Positions 8,109-18,950 of a stretch of DNA of 64,000 nt are shown piece by piece. The number at the start of each line of letters is the position of its first letter. The stretch's first letter is position 1. The notes beneath the pieces are model-generated. The model was not told the origin of the DNA and ran no database searches. It was given only the letters and a program-made list of their open reading frames with translations. The stretch lies in NCBI GenBank assembly GCA_963555825.3, contig CAUVXB020000002.1, positions 1,280,001 through 1,344,000 on the forward strand. Direction: 5' to 3'. This DNA is from Alphaproteobacteria bacterium. Its GTDB lineage: Bacteria; Pseudomonadota; Alphaproteobacteria; JAAXGF01. The translations under genes and the position numbers were made by a program.

Positions 8109-10547
8109 TCAGAAGCGCTGCAACAGGCGGTTGATGTATTCGCGCTCGATCCCCGGACGGCTCAACTCGCCCGAGCGGCGATAGAGCTCCTCCAGGATCG
8201 TCCGGCTGCGCTGCAGTTCGGCCTCGTCGGGTACCCGGGTGCGGCCGTCGTCCTGATAGCCGTAGCCGAGCACGCCGCGGCCCAGCGGATCGCGCGCGCC
8301 GTTAAACATGCCGAGGTTGCCGCCCGGCCGCTGCGGCCCGCGTTCGAGCTGCTCGAGCATCGCCTCGAGCATCGACTGCGAGCCCTGTTGCATGTGGTCG
8401 AGCGCCTCGGACTGCGCGCCGACGGCCTGGCCGGGCAGCTGCTCGCCGAGCGAACGCCCGGCCTCGCGCATGGCGCGTTCGGCGCGGCCCAGCGGGCGCG
8501 GGATCGGCAGGCCGGTCTCGCTCCACTGCAGCATCAGCTCGCCGAGCCGCCGGCGCAACGCTTCCTGCGAGCCCTTGCCGATGCGCGCCGGTCCGTCCTG
8601 GCCCCAGGATTCGGGGCCCTGCTGCGCCCAGCGGAAGGTCTGATCGAGCAGCTGTTGCTGCTGCTGCATGAGGTTCTCGAGGTTGCGCAGCGCCGCCTCG
8701 CCCTGGCCAGGGCCTTGATCGTTCGACGCCGCCATGCGCCCGGCCTTGAGGTTCTCGAGCATCTCCTGCAGCCGCGCCAGGAGGTCGCGAGCGGCCTCGC
8801 GCGAACCGGTGCGGTAGAGCTCGCGGGCGTGTTCGAGCATCTCCATCAGCTCGTCGCGCTGGATCGCCTGGTCGAGCTCCTCGCGCAGCTCGGCAGCGAG
8901 GTCGCTCCGCTGCGCGGCCTGCTCGGCGAGCGCCGCGAGGAACTTGTCGAGCGTTTCGCGCAGCTCGTCCATCAGGCGCTCGATCTCTGCGTCGCTGGCG
9001 TCCGAGTTCAGCGCGTCCATGAGCGCCTGCTGGGCCTCGCGAAGCTCTTGCTCGGCGAGCGCGACGGGGCCTTCCTCGATCGACAGCGCGATGTCCCACA
9101 GCAAGTCCTGGAGCTCCGCGATGACCTTGTCCGAACGGTCGTAGCGCAGCCGCGCGCTGGCCACGCGCAGGCCGAGGAATACCTTCAGGTCCTCGAAGAA
9201 ATGGCGCGGATCGCGCACCAGTTTGTCGAGCTCGCTGCGCACCGCGTCGCGCTTGGTCGGGTCGATGGTGAGAGCCTTGCGCTGCTCGATGACGGCGCGC
9301 GCGACCGGGTGGTTGAAGATGCGCTCGGGCATCAGCGTCGGGATCGCCTCGCTGTCGCCGGCTTGACCGAGTCCGTCGACGGCGCGCAGCGCGATGGTCA
9401 CCTGAAGCCCCGCCCAAGGGTGCGGCGTCAGGTCGTGGTAGCTCGAATCGTCGACCGCCCGGGTGCCGGCGCGCAACAACGAGAGATCGAGCGTGAACGA
9501 CTGCGATGTGTCGTCCAAGCGCCGGATGATGGCGTGGACCGAGGCAAGCCCGTAGTCGTCCTCGGCGATGTAGTCGAGCCTGAGCGCCGCGCGATAGGTG
9601 CGCGACGGCGGGCTGGAGAATTCGATCAACGGCGGCTGGTCGACGATCAGCGCGATCGGCCATGCGGCGATTTCGTGACCGCCCTGGGTGACGGCGAGGC
9701 GCGCACCCGCATCGAGCGCAGCGCTGATCTCGAAGTTGGCCTGATCAATCGCGTCGAACGGTACGACCACATCGTCGACCGCGAGCTCGGGCACGGCGGC
9801 GCCACCGTGGACGCGGGCCAGCACCGTACTGCCGACCGGCAGCCGCACGGCGGCCGGCGCGGCGCCGCTCGGCGGCCGCGCGGCTTCGGTCAGGAAGATC
9901 GGCGCGGCGCCGGTGTAATGCGGCGGCGTGATCCACAGCGTCAATTCGCCCGGGCCGGTCGGTCCGGGCGCCGAGAAGTCGGGCTGGAAGGCGCGCGCCA
10001 GGCGGCCGGTGCTGCCGTCTCCGGCGGCGGCGAAGGCGACGACCAGGACCAGAACGAGGACGGCGCGCAGGCCGATCGGATCGTGCCGCGCCATGCCGGG
10101 CGAGGCGATGCCGACGCGCAACCGGCCGGCGCGCGCCAGCATGCGCTTGAGATGGGCGCGCCACAACGCCTGGGCGACCGTGTCGCTGGGCGCCGCGAGC
10201 GGCCGGTCGTCGAGCGTCCCGAGCGGCCGGTGGGCGAGGCCGCTGGCCAGCTCGATTCGGCGCACGGCCTCGGTTTCGCCGGGCGCCTCGAGCCGTCGCA
10301 GGCCGCGCGCCAGGACGCCGAACAGCGCGACGGCGAAAGCCGCCAGCAGAGCGACGTGGAGCCAGCCTGGGGTGAAGCGCCAGACGCCGAACAGCGACAG
10401 CGCGACGAAAACACCGGCGACGAATACGCCGGGCCAGAGCGCCGGCCACAGCCGCTCCCAGAATAGCGCCGCCCGCGCCAGCCGGACGCGGCGCCGGCGC
10501 GCCACGGAAACCTCGTGGATTGTTCGGACCGTTCCGCCGGCCATCAC
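8109..10547 (-). CDS. TIGR02302/DUF4175-family membrane protein
   Basis: WERLWPALWP, WITPPHYTG, DDYG, DLTPHPWAG, RDPLGR and EREYINRLL; conserved downstream of lysA in alphaproteobacteria. Confidence 0.88.
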   Translation of the reverse strand: MMAGGTVRTIHEVSVARRRRVRLARAALFWERLWPALWPGVFVAGVFVALSLFGVWRFTPGWLHVALLAAFAVALFGVLARGLRRLEAPGETEAVRRIELASGLAHRPLGTLDDRPLAAPSDTVAQALWRAHLKRMLARAGRLRVGIASPGMARHDPIGLRAVLVLVLVVAFAAAGDGSTGRLARAFQPDFSAPGPTGPGELTLWITPPHYTGAAPIFLTEAARPPSGAAPAAVRLPVGSTVLARVHGGAAVPELAVDDVVVPFDAIDQANFEISAALDAGARLAVTQGGHEIAAWPIALIVDQPPLIEFSSPPSRTYRAALRLDYIAEDDYGLASVHAIIRRLDDTSQSFTLDLSLLRAGTRAVDDSSYHDLTPHPWAGLQVTIALRAVDGLGQAGDSEAIPTLMPERIFNHPVARAVIEQRKALTIDPTKRDAVRSELDKLVRDPRHFFEDLKVFLGLRVASARLRYDRSDKVIAELQDLLWDIALSIEEGPVALAEQELREAQQALMDALNSDASDAEIERLMDELRETLDKFLAALAEQAAQRSDLAAELREELDQAIQRDELMEMLEHARELYRTGSREAARDLLARLQEMLENLKAGRMAASNDQGPGQGEAALRNLENLMQQQQQLLDQTFRWAQQGPESWGQDGPARIGKGSQEALRRRLGELMLQWSETGLPIPRPLGRAERAMREAGRSLGEQLPGQAVGAQSEALDHMQQGSQSMLEAMLEQLERGPQRPGGNLGMFNGARDPLGRGVLGYGYQDDGRTRVPDEAELQRSRTILEELYRRSGELSRPGIEREYINRLLQRF

Positions 10548-11812
10548 GCGTCGCCCAGCCAGTCGGGAAATTGCTCTAGCTCGACCATCTCATCGAAACT
10601 CGGCCGGCGGCGAACGACGGCGAAATCGGCGCCCTTGACGAGCACCTCGGGCACCAGCGGCCGCGAATTGTAGCTCGAAGACATGACCGCACCATACGCA
10701 CCCGCCGACCGGATCGCCAGTAAATCTCCCGCGATCACGGGCGTGAGCGGCCGGTCCTTGGCGAACACGTCGCCGCTCTCGCAAATCGGGCCGGCGATGT
10801 CGACCGGCGCGGCAATCGCGTCATCCGGCGGCGCGATGACCGGTTCGATCTGGTGATAGGCGTCGTACATCGCCGGGCGCAGCAGGTCGTTGAACGCCGC
10901 GTCGACGATGACGAAGCCGCGCGCATCGGTCTGCTTGACGTACAAGACGCGCGTCACCAGCACGCCGGCGTTGCCGATCACCATGCGGCCGGGTTCAAAC
11001 AACAGGTGGCAGTCGAGCCCGGCGGTGACGCGCTTGACCATTGCGGCGTAATCGTCGGGCGTCGGCGGCGTCTCGTCGGCGTAGCGGATGCCGAGGCCGC
11101 CACCGAGGTCGAGCGTCGCGATGTCGTGGCCGGTGGCGCGCAAGGCGCGCACCATGTCGGCGACGCGGCCGAAAGCCTGTTCGTGCGGTCCGAGATCGGT
11201 GACCTGCGAGCCGATATGAACGGCGATGCCGACCAACGCCAGGCCCGGCGCGGCGGCCACGTGGTCGGCCGCCTCGGGCGCCGATTGGTATGCGATGCCG
11301 AATTTGTTGTGGCGCATGCCGGTCGAAATCTTGTCGTGGGTCCGCGCGTCGACGTCGGGGTTGATGCGCAGCGCGACCGGCGCGACGGCGCCGAGGCCCT
11401 GCGCGGCCGCGTCGAGCACCTCGATCTCGCGTAAACTCTCGACGTTGAACTGCATGATGCCGGCCGCGATGCCGCGCGCCATCTCGTCACGCGTCTTGCC
11501 GACGCCCGAGAAGACGATCTTGTCGGCCGGAATGCCGGCGGCGAGCGCGCGTTCGAGCTCGCCGACCGAGACCACGTCGGCGCCGGCGCCGAGCGCCGCC
11601 ATGACACGCACGACGGCAAGGTTGGAGTTCGCCTTGAGCGAATAGCAGACGGTTGCCGAAACGTCGGCGAAGGCGGCGGAGAAGACCCGGTAATGACGCT
11701 CGATGGTCGCCGTCGAATAGCAGTAGAACGGCGTCCCGACGGCCTCGGCGACGTCGGCGAGCGCGACATCCTCGGCGTGCAGCGCGCCGTCCTTGAAGTC
11801 GAAGTGGTTCAT
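10544..11812 (-). CDS. lysA: Diaminopimelate decarboxylase
   Basis: YSLKANSN, HIGSQ, DLGGGLG, EPGR, GPICESGD and GAYG; start MNHFDF. Confidence 0.96.
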   Translation of the reverse strand: MNHFDFKDGALHAEDVALADVAEAVGTPFYCYSTATIERHYRVFSAAFADVSATVCYSLKANSNLAVVRVMAALGAGADVVSVGELERALAAGIPADKIVFSGVGKTRDEMARGIAAGIMQFNVESLREIEVLDAAAQGLGAVAPVALRINPDVDARTHDKISTGMRHNKFGIAYQSAPEAADHVAAAPGLALVGIAVHIGSQVTDLGPHEQAFGRVADMVRALRATGHDIATLDLGGGLGIRYADETPPTPDDYAAMVKRVTAGLDCHLLFEPGRMVIGNAGVLVTRVLYVKQTDARGFVIVDAAFNDLLRPAMYDAYHQIEPVIAPPDDAIAAPVDIAGPICESGDVFAKDRPLTPVIAGDLLAIRSAGAYGAVMSSSYNSRPLVPEVLVKGADFAVVRRRPSFDEMVELEQFPDWLGDA

Positions 11813-11943
11813 GCCACCCGCGGCGACGCCTGTTCCGCCTGGGCGCTCTCGGGCGGCGCCTCGAGCGCCCCCTTGCGGCCACAGGAGGTCAACCCGCCGG
11901 CGATCACGGCGGCGAGCAGCACGAGGACGACGATGCGCCTCAC
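11809..11943 (-). CDS. Small lipoprotein (LppL/LptM-like), 44 aa
   Basis: GTG start; hydrophobic signal followed by lipobox [10 protein letters not shown]; lies between argH and lysA as usual for this family. Confidence 0.8.
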   Translation of the reverse strand: MRRIVVLVLLAAVIAGGLTSCGRKGALEAPPESAQAEQASPRVA

Positions 11944-13358
11944 AGGTAACGCTCCCGCGCGGCAGCCACCGCCTGGCGCACCCTTTCGGGCGCCGTGCCG
12001 CCGAAGCTGGTGCGGCTCTCGACCGCGCTCTCGACCGCGAGCACGGCGTAGACGCGCTCGTCGATGCGCGGCTCGACGCCCCGCAGCACCTCGAGCGGCA
12101 GATCGGCGAGTCGCGCGCCGTGCTCTTCGGCGAGCCGCACGATCGAGCCGACGACGTGATGCGCGTCGCGAAACGGCAGCGCCAACTCGCGCACCAGCCA
12201 GTCGGCGAGGTCGGTGGCGGTGATGAAGCCGGCTTCGGTCGAGGCGCGCATGGCGTCGGCATCGACCGTCATGTCGCGCACCATGCCGGCCATCGCGCGC
12301 AGCGATACCGAGACCGTATCGGCGGCGTCGAACAGCGGCTCCTTGTCCTCCTGCATGTCCTTGGCGAAGGTCATGGCGAGACCCTTGAGCGTGGTCAACA
12401 GCGCGACCAGCGCGCCGACCACGCGGCCCGTTTTTCCACGCACCAGCTCGGCGGCATCGGGGTTGCGCTTTTGCGGCATGATCGAAGAGCCGGTGGTGAA
12501 GGCGTCCGACAGGCGGACGAAGCCGAACTGCGCACTCGACCACATGACCATCTCCTCGGCGAGACGCGAGAGATGGATCGCGCAGAGCGCGGCGGTGGCC
12601 AGGAACTCGACGATGAAGTCGCGGTCCGAGACGGCGTCCATCGAGTTGGCGCAAGGCCGGTCGAAGCCGAGCGCCGCGGCGGTCGCATCGCGGTCGATCG
12701 GGAACGACGTGCCGGCCAGCGCGGCGGCGCCCAGCGGGCATTCGTTGAGCCGTACGCGGCCGTCGGCGAGGCGCCCCCGGTCGCGGCCGAACATCTCGAC
12801 ATAGGCCATCATGTGGTGGCCGAAGGTGACCGGCTGGGCTGGTTGCAAATGGGTCATGCCGGGCGTCACGGTGGCGGCGTGGCGCTCGGCCTGGTCGATC
12901 AGCGCGGCCTGCAGCGCCTGCAGCTCGCCGTCGATGCGGTCGATCGTTTCACGTAGCCACAGCCGCATGTCGGTCGCCACCTGGTCGTTGCGCGAGCGCC
13001 CGGTGTGCAGGCGCCCGGCGGCATCGCCGATGAGCGCGCGCAGGCGCGCCTCGACATTCATATGGATGTCCTCGAGGCCGCGCTCGAATTCGAACGCGCC
13101 GCGTTCGAATTCGCCCTGGATACGGTCGAGGCCGGCGTTGATCGCGTCGCCATCCTCTCTTGTCAAGATGCCCTGGGCGACTAACATTGAACAATGGGCC
13201 TTCGAACCGGCGATGTCCTGGGCATAGAACCGCCTGTCGAAATCGATCGACGGGTTGATCTCGTCCATGACCTCGGCGGGACCGGTCGCGAAACGCCCGC
13301 CCCACATGGGGTTGGCGTCGCTCGCCGGGGGCGGCTTTTGACGGGCCTCGTCGCTCAT
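11940..13358 (-). CDS. argH: Argininosuccinate lyase
   Basis: [16 protein letters not shown] and [12 protein letters not shown] motifs. Confidence 0.97.
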   Translation of the reverse strand: MSDEARQKPPPASDANPMWGGRFATGPAEVMDEINPSIDFDRRFYAQDIAGSKAHCSMLVAQGILTREDGDAINAGLDRIQGEFERGAFEFERGLEDIHMNVEARLRALIGDAAGRLHTGRSRNDQVATDMRLWLRETIDRIDGELQALQAALIDQAERHAATVTPGMTHLQPAQPVTFGHHMMAYVEMFGRDRGRLADGRVRLNECPLGAAALAGTSFPIDRDATAAALGFDRPCANSMDAVSDRDFIVEFLATAALCAIHLSRLAEEMVMWSSAQFGFVRLSDAFTTGSSIMPQKRNPDAAELVRGKTGRVVGALVALLTTLKGLAMTFAKDMQEDKEPLFDAADTVSVSLRAMAGMVRDMTVDADAMRASTEAGFITATDLADWLVRELALPFRDAHHVVGSIVRLAEEHGARLADLPLEVLRGVEPRIDERVYAVLAVESAVESRTSFGGTAPERVRQAVAAARERYL

Positions 13359-13388
13359 GGCATGGCCCCTGATTGGATGTCTAAACGC

Positions 13389-13982
13389 ATGTCGAATTTC
13401 GCGGTTTTGGTGGCGCGGCTGGTCGTGGCGGCCATTGTGACGGCATTCGCCGCACAATCAAGCGTCGCGGGGACCGACGCCGCGGCCGGCGCAGCCGAGG
13501 CGCCGCCCGGCTTCGCCTTCGTGACGCCGCCGCGCGCGGTGCCCGATATGGCCTTTCTTACCGCCGATGGCGAGACCAGCGTGGCCGCCTACCGCGGCAA
13601 GGTCGTGGTGCTCAACTTCTGGGCCACCTGGTGCGCGCCTTGCGTGCGCGAGATGCCCTCGCTCGACCGCCTGCAGGCGATGCTCGGCGGCGACGAACTC
13701 GAGGTCGTCGCCTTGAGCGAAGACCGCGGCGGCATGCCGCTGGTGGTGGGTTTCTACGAGAAATACGGCCTCGAACACCTCGCCCGGTATCTCGACCCGC
13801 TGGGCCGCGTCGCCGCCGCGCTCGGCGTCGTCGGCATGCCGACGACGGTCGTCATCGATCGCGAGGGCCGCGAAATCGGCCGCATGGTCGGACCGACCGA
13901 ATGGGACAGCCCCGCGGCGCTCGCGCTGGTCCGCGGCGTGCTCGGTGGCGAACCGAAGGTCGACAGCGCCGCCGTCGAGTAG
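13389..13982 (+). CDS. tlpA: TlpA-family thiol:disulfide oxidoreductase
   Basis: [18 protein letters not shown] and GMPTT; N-terminal signal/TM; start may instead be 13377. Confidence 0.9.
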   Translation: MSNFAVLVARLVVAAIVTAFAAQSSVAGTDAAAGAAEAPPGFAFVTPPRAVPDMAFLTADGETSVAAYRGKVVVLNFWATWCAPCVREMPSLDRLQAMLGGDELEVVALSEDRGGMPLVVGFYEKYGLEHLARYLDPLGRVAAALGVVGMPTTVVIDREGREIGRMVGPTEWDSPAALALVRGVLGGEPKVDSAAVE

Positions 13983-14001
13983 AGATGCACCGAGGAACCA
14001 A

Positions 14002-16344
14002 GTGAACCGGAGGGAGCGGCGGGCGGCCAAGGCGCAGCGTCAGGGCCGGCCCGTTACCGGCGGATCGGCGGCGGCGGACGCCGAGATCAGCGCGGCGCTG
14101 GCGCATCACCAGGCCGGCCGGCTGGCCGAGGCCGAGCGGCTCTACGCAGCGATCCTGGCGCGCGAGCCCGAGCACGCCGAGGCGCTACGCCTGCTGAGCG
14201 TCATCGCGTTCCAGCAGGGCGACGCCGGCCGCGCGGCCGCGTTGGCGACCCAGGTCATCGCCGTCGCGCCGAATTACGCCGAGGCGCATTACACCATGGG
14301 CATGGCGCAGAAGGCCCTGGGCGACGCCGAGGCGGCGCTGGCGTCATACCGCAAGGCCGTCAAGCTGAAGCCCGATTTCGCCGAGGCCCACAACAACCTG
14401 GGCAATCTGCTCAGCGATCTGGGCGATGCCGAGGCGGCGATCGTCGCGCTCCGCAAGGCGCTGGCGTTGCAGCCTAGTTTCGCCGAGGCACACGATAATC
14501 TCGGCAGCGCGCTGTTCGGACAAGGCCGGCTGGCCGACGCGGCGGCGGCCTACAGGAAGGCCCTGGCGATCGAACCCGACAACGTCGAATCTCTCAACAA
14601 TCTGGGCAACGCACTCAGGGGCCTGGGCGATCTGCCGGCGGCGGTCGAGACTTTCCACAAGGCGCTCGCACTGGCGCCCGATTTCGTCGCCGCGCACAGC
14701 AACCTGGGCGGCGCGCTCAACGATCAGGGCCGGCCGGACGAGGCGTTCGACGCATACCGAGCGGCGCTGGCGCTGGCGCCCGACGACGCCGCGGTGCACA
14801 ATAATCTGGGCACGACACTGATCTACCAGGGCAAGGCGGACGAAGCGGAGGCGGCGTTCCGCCAGGCGCTCGCGCTGGCGCCCGACTTCGCCGATGCGCA
14901 CAACAACCTGGGCAACGCGCTCCGCGACAAGAGCCAGTGGCAGGACGCGGTCATCGCCTACCGAGCCGCCTTGGCGCTGGCGCCCGATTTCGCCGCCGCG
15001 CACAACAACCTGGGCGGCGCGCTCAAGGACCAGGGCCGGCTGGCCGAGGCGATCGCGGCCTACCGCGCATCGATTGCGCACAAGCCCGACTTCGCGGCGG
15101 CGCACAGCAATCTCGTGTTCAGCATGAACTACGACGCGGCGGCGACGCAGCAAACCATCTTCGCCGAGAGCCGGGCCTGGCACGAGAGCCACGCGGCGGC
15201 GCTCGGCCGACGCGCGCCCGGCCATGCCAACGCGCGCGATCCCGAGCGTCGGCTACGCGTCGGTTACGTCTCGCCCGACTTTCGCGAGCATTCGGTGGCC
15301 TATTTCCTGGAACCACTGATCGCCGCCCACGACCGCGCCGCATTCGAGGTGTTCTGCTATGCCCAGGTCGCCAGGCCCGACCAGCGGACCGAGCGATTCC
15401 GCGGCCTCGCGGACACGTGGCGTTCGACGGTCGGCATGACAGATGCCGACTTGGCGACGGCCGTTCGCGAAGACCGCATCGACATCCTCGTCGACCTCGC
15501 GGGTCACACCGGCGGCAATCGCCTGCTCGCCTTCGCCCGCCGGCCGGCACCGGTGCAGCTAAGCTGGCTCGGCTATCCGAACACGACCGGGACGGAAGCG
15601 ATCGACGCGCGGCTGACCGATGCCATCGCCGACCCGCCCGGGCCAAGCGACGCGCTGCACAGCGAGACGCTCGTCCGCCTGCCGAACGGCTTCCTCTGCT
15701 ACGCGCCGACGGCCGATGCGCCGGCGATCGGCGCACCGCCTGCCCGGTCGACCGGCCACGTCACCTTCGGCTCGTTCAACGCACTCGCCAAGATCACGCC
15801 GGCGGTGGTCGCGGCGTGGGCGCGCATTCTCCTCGGGGTGCCGGGTTCCCGCTTGGTGATCAAGAGCGGCCCGCTCGCCGACGCGGCGACACGGGCGCGC
15901 TATCTGGAAATGTTGGCCGCCGCGGGCGTCGACGCCGGGCGGGTCGATCTGCGCGCCTGGATCGACGCGCGCAGCGGGCACCTCGGCGCATACGCCAACA
16001 TCGACATCGGCCTCGATCCGTTTCCCTACAACGGCACGACGACGACCTGCGAGGCGCTCTGGATGGGCGTGCCCGTGGTCACGCTGGCGGGCGATCGGCA
16101 CGCCGGCCGGGTCGGCGCGAGCCTGTTGACGCGGATCGGCCTCGCCGAACTGGTTGCCGATACGACGGACGGCTATGTCGAGACCGCCGTGCACTTCGCT
16201 GGCGACCTCGACGGCCTTCCGGCGCGCCGTCTGGCGTTGCGCGATCGCATGATGTCATCGCCGCTCTGCGACGCGGCCGGCTTCGCCCGCGACGTCGAGG
16301 CCGCCTACCGCGCGATGTGGCGCCGCTGGTGCGCCGGCCAGTAA
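14002..16344 (+). CDS. TPR-repeat O-linked glycosyltransferase (SPINDLY/OGT-like, GT41)
   Basis: About 10 TPRs (A.AHNNLG), then LRVGYVSPDFREHSV, DLAGHT, WLGYPNTTG, FGSFN..K and DPFPYNGTTTTCEALWMGVP; GTG start with GAGG RBS. Confidence 0.9.
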   Translation: MNRRERRAAKAQRQGRPVTGGSAAADAEISAALAHHQAGRLAEAERLYAAILAREPEHAEALRLLSVIAFQQGDAGRAAALATQVIAVAPNYAEAHYTMGMAQKALGDAEAALASYRKAVKLKPDFAEAHNNLGNLLSDLGDAEAAIVALRKALALQPSFAEAHDNLGSALFGQGRLADAAAAYRKALAIEPDNVESLNNLGNALRGLGDLPAAVETFHKALALAPDFVAAHSNLGGALNDQGRPDEAFDAYRAALALAPDDAAVHNNLGTTLIYQGKADEAEAAFRQALALAPDFADAHNNLGNALRDKSQWQDAVIAYRAALALAPDFAAAHNNLGGALKDQGRLAEAIAAYRASIAHKPDFAAAHSNLVFSMNYDAAATQQTIFAESRAWHESHAAALGRRAPGHANARDPERRLRVGYVSPDFREHSVAYFLEPLIAAHDRAAFEVFCYAQVARPDQRTERFRGLADTWRSTVGMTDADLATAVREDRIDILVDLAGHTGGNRLLAFARRPAPVQLSWLGYPNTTGTEAIDARLTDAIADPPGPSDALHSETLVRLPNGFLCYAPTADAPAIGAPPARSTGHVTFGSFNALAKITPAVVAAWARILLGVPGSRLVIKSGPLADAATRARYLEMLAAAGVDAGRVDLRAWIDARSGHLGAYANIDIGLDPFPYNGTTTTCEALWMGVPVVTLAGDRHAGRVGASLLTRIGLAELVADTTDGYVETAVHFAGDLDGLPARRLALRDRMMSSPLCDAAGFARDVEAAYRAMWRRWCAGQ

Positions 16345-17518
16345 TACCGCATCCGGCTGATCAGTTCGGATAGATGGTTTTGGGCCACCAGTGGAAGTCG
16401 ATACGCCCCTTGAAGAGTTCGGGATTGGCATCGAGAGTGAGGCAGCGCCGGGCGACGACGGCGTCGAGTTCCTCGATGGTCTCGAAGTGTCTGTTTGCGA
16501 CCGGCTCGTCGAGTACGGGCCAGAGACATTCGGCCGGTTGCAGCTGGGGCGTATAGGGCGGCAAGTAGACGAGGTGGAGGCCTTCCGGCACCGTGAGGTT
16601 CGGCGCCGTGTGCCACCCGGCGCCGTCGATCACCAGGATGATGATGCGGCTCTGCCCAGCGCCGGCCTCGCGGGCGAAGAGGGCGAGCAGCTTCTCGAAG
16701 AATGGCTTGGAGACACAATTGGAGATGTACCAAAAGGTCTCTCCGCTGGTCGGCGAGACGAGGGCGGTGACGTAGAGCCATTTGAAGCGGTGGTGGCCGA
16801 GCGCCACCGGGCGCATCCCGCGCGGCGCCCAGCAGCGCCGGGCCAATGGCTTCAGACCGAGCCGGTGTTCGTCGCTGGCGAAGACTTCGATCGGCGTGCC
16901 GGGGTGGCGCTCGGCTTCTTCCGCGACCAGGCGGTGAAGTTTTTTTTAAACGCCTGGCGTTCTTCCTCGCTCGCCGCCCCGGGGTTGTTCGGCCTGGGCA
17001 CCTGCAAACTCCACTCGACTGCCTTCAGCGCCTCCCAGCCCCGTTGCGGCGCCACCGTCTCCAAGCCCAGTTCGCCCGCCATCCAAGCCGCCACCTTCGG
17101 CCCAGACCACAAGCCGCCGTCCGCCGGCGGCTTTTTCAGGCGCTCTTTCAACACCGCCAGGACTTCCGGCTTCAGGATCGTCGCCTCGGAGCCGTTCGAG
17201 CGTCGACGATCGCCCAGCGACGACGGGCCGAGCTTGTTGTAGCGAGAAAGCAATTGTTCGAGCCAGCGTTGGCCGAAACTCGTCATCTCCGACACTTCGC
17301 GAACCGTATGGCCTTTGGCCAAAAGCCAGATCACCTGGAAGTGCCGCGCCTCCGTCGCCTCCGACGCCGAGCGATACCGTCCCTCCAACTCAGAAAGCTG
17401 CAAATGTTCCTCGACATGCGCCATGTCCCGCCCCTCCGCGAATCATGACTACGGATCCTAACCCTTTCCGATTCCAACGGGAATCCGTCGCAACCGAATC
17501 ATTCAGGCGGAGTCGGTA
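16345..17518 (-). mobile_element. IS630-family insertion sequence (element A)
   Basis: Imperfect TIRs TACCGCATCCGGCTGA / TCAGGCGGAGTCGGTA with TAA on both sides; the left TAA is the stop codon of the TPR gene. Confidence 0.88.
16361..17424 (-). CDS. IS630 transposase in two ORFs joined by a probable -1 frameshift
   Basis: HTH ORF 16852-17424 and DDE ORF ending at 16361 (DGAGWH, LPPYTPQLQPAE); slippery poly-A run near 16940-16947. Confidence 0.85.
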
Positions 17519-17596
17519 TAATTCGCCTTCACCGGCATAACATGCGGCCCTGGATGCGGCATCATCGCGTCAGCGAAGCGAGGGAGGGACGGTATC

Positions 17597-18040
17597 ATGA
17601 CGGCGTTCGAAGCGACGGGCGGGTGCCTGTGCGGCGCGCTGCGGTTCCGCATAACGGTCAAACCCGATCTGGCCTTCTATTGCCATTGCCGCATGTGCCA
17701 GAAGGCCGGCCGGATGGCCGTCGCCACGGTGCCCATAGCGGATTTCACCTACACCGAGGGGGAACCCCTGGCATACGAATCGACACCGGGTTGGTTGCGG
17801 GTCTTCTGTGCCGTCTGCGGAACGTCCCTGGGCTTGCGTGCGGCCGGCGAACCGAAGCTGATGGATGTCACGCTGGCGTGCCTCGACGATCTAAGCGCCA
17901 TCGTGCCGACGTTCCACCAGTACACCGCGAGTCAGGCGCCATACCTCGACTTCGCCGACGGCCTGCCCCAGCACCCCGGGGTCGCCCCGGAGGTCGACGA
18001 TCTGTGGAGCCGAATCGAGGGCTGGCAGCAGCCCGAATAG
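17597..18040 (+). CDS. GFA (glutathione-dependent formaldehyde-activating)/CENP-V family protein
   Basis: GGCLCGALRF, CHCRMCQK and FCAVCGT zinc ligands. Confidence 0.9.
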   Translation: MTAFEATGGCLCGALRFRITVKPDLAFYCHCRMCQKAGRMAVATVPIADFTYTEGEPLAYESTPGWLRVFCAVCGTSLGLRAAGEPKLMDVTLACLDDLSAIVPTFHQYTASQAPYLDFADGLPQHPGVAPEVDDLWSRIEGWQQPE

Positions 18041-18046
18041 TTGCGC

Positions 18047-18919
18047 TCATCGCGTCGGTACCGGCGTGTCGCCCGTGTAGTCGTAGAAGCCACGGCCCGA
18101 CTTGCGACCGTGCCAGCCGGCCTCGACGTATTTGACCAGCAGCGGGCACGGCCGGTACTTGGTATCGGCGAGGCCCTCGTACAGCACCTGCATGACCGAG
18201 AGGCAGACGTCGAGGCCGATGAAGTCGGCGAGCTCGAACGGACCCATCGGATGGTTGGCGCCGAGCTTCATGGCGGTATCGATCGATTCGACCGAGCCGA
18301 CGCCCTCGTAGAGCGTGTAGATCGCCTCGTTGATCATCGGCAGCAGCACGCGGTTGACCATGAAGGCGGGGAAATCCTCCGAGTTGACCGGTGTCTTGCC
18401 GAGCTTCAGCGCCACCTCGCGCACCGCCTTGAAGGTCTCCTCCTCGGTCGCCAGTCCGCGTATCAGCTCGACCAGCTGCATCAACGGCACCGGGTTCATG
18501 AAATGAATGCCCATGAACTTGCCGGGCCGATCGGTGCCGGCGCCGAGCCGCGTCACCGAGATCGACGAGGTGTTGGTCGCCATGATCGCCTCGGGTCTCA
18601 GCACCGCCGAGAGATGGCGCAGGATATCGCTCTTGGTCGCCTCGTCCTCGATCGCCGATTCGATCACCAGATCGCAGTCGGCGAGGTCGTCGTAGCCGTC
18701 CGCCGCGGTGATGCGCGCGAGCGCCGCGGCCTTGTCGTCCGCGCTGATGATCTCGCGCGCGACCTGGCGGTCCATGTTTTGGGCGACCAACTTGAGCGCG
18801 TGCTCGACACGCTCCTTCGAGATGTCGATGATCCGCGTCTCATAGCCCGCGAGCGCGCAGACATGGGCGATGCCATTGCCCATCCGGCCGGCGCCGACGA
18901 TGCCGATTATTTCGATCAT
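18047..18919 (-). CDS. hbd: 3-hydroxybutyryl-CoA dehydrogenase
   Basis: GAGRMGNGIA, TNTSSIS, HFMNPVP and ANHPMGPFELADFIGLD. Confidence 0.93.
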   Translation of the reverse strand: MIEIIGIVGAGRMGNGIAHVCALAGYETRIIDISKERVEHALKLVAQNMDRQVAREIISADDKAAALARITAADGYDDLADCDLVIESAIEDEATKSDILRHLSAVLRPEAIMATNTSSISVTRLGAGTDRPGKFMGIHFMNPVPLMQLVELIRGLATEEETFKAVREVALKLGKTPVNSEDFPAFMVNRVLLPMINEAIYTLYEGVGSVESIDTAMKLGANHPMGPFELADFIGLDVCLSVMQVLYEGLADTKYRPCPLLVKYVEAGWHGRKSGRGFYDYTGDTPVPTR

Positions 18920-18950
18920 GGGCCGGCGGCCTCCGTCGTTGGTTGCGGGG

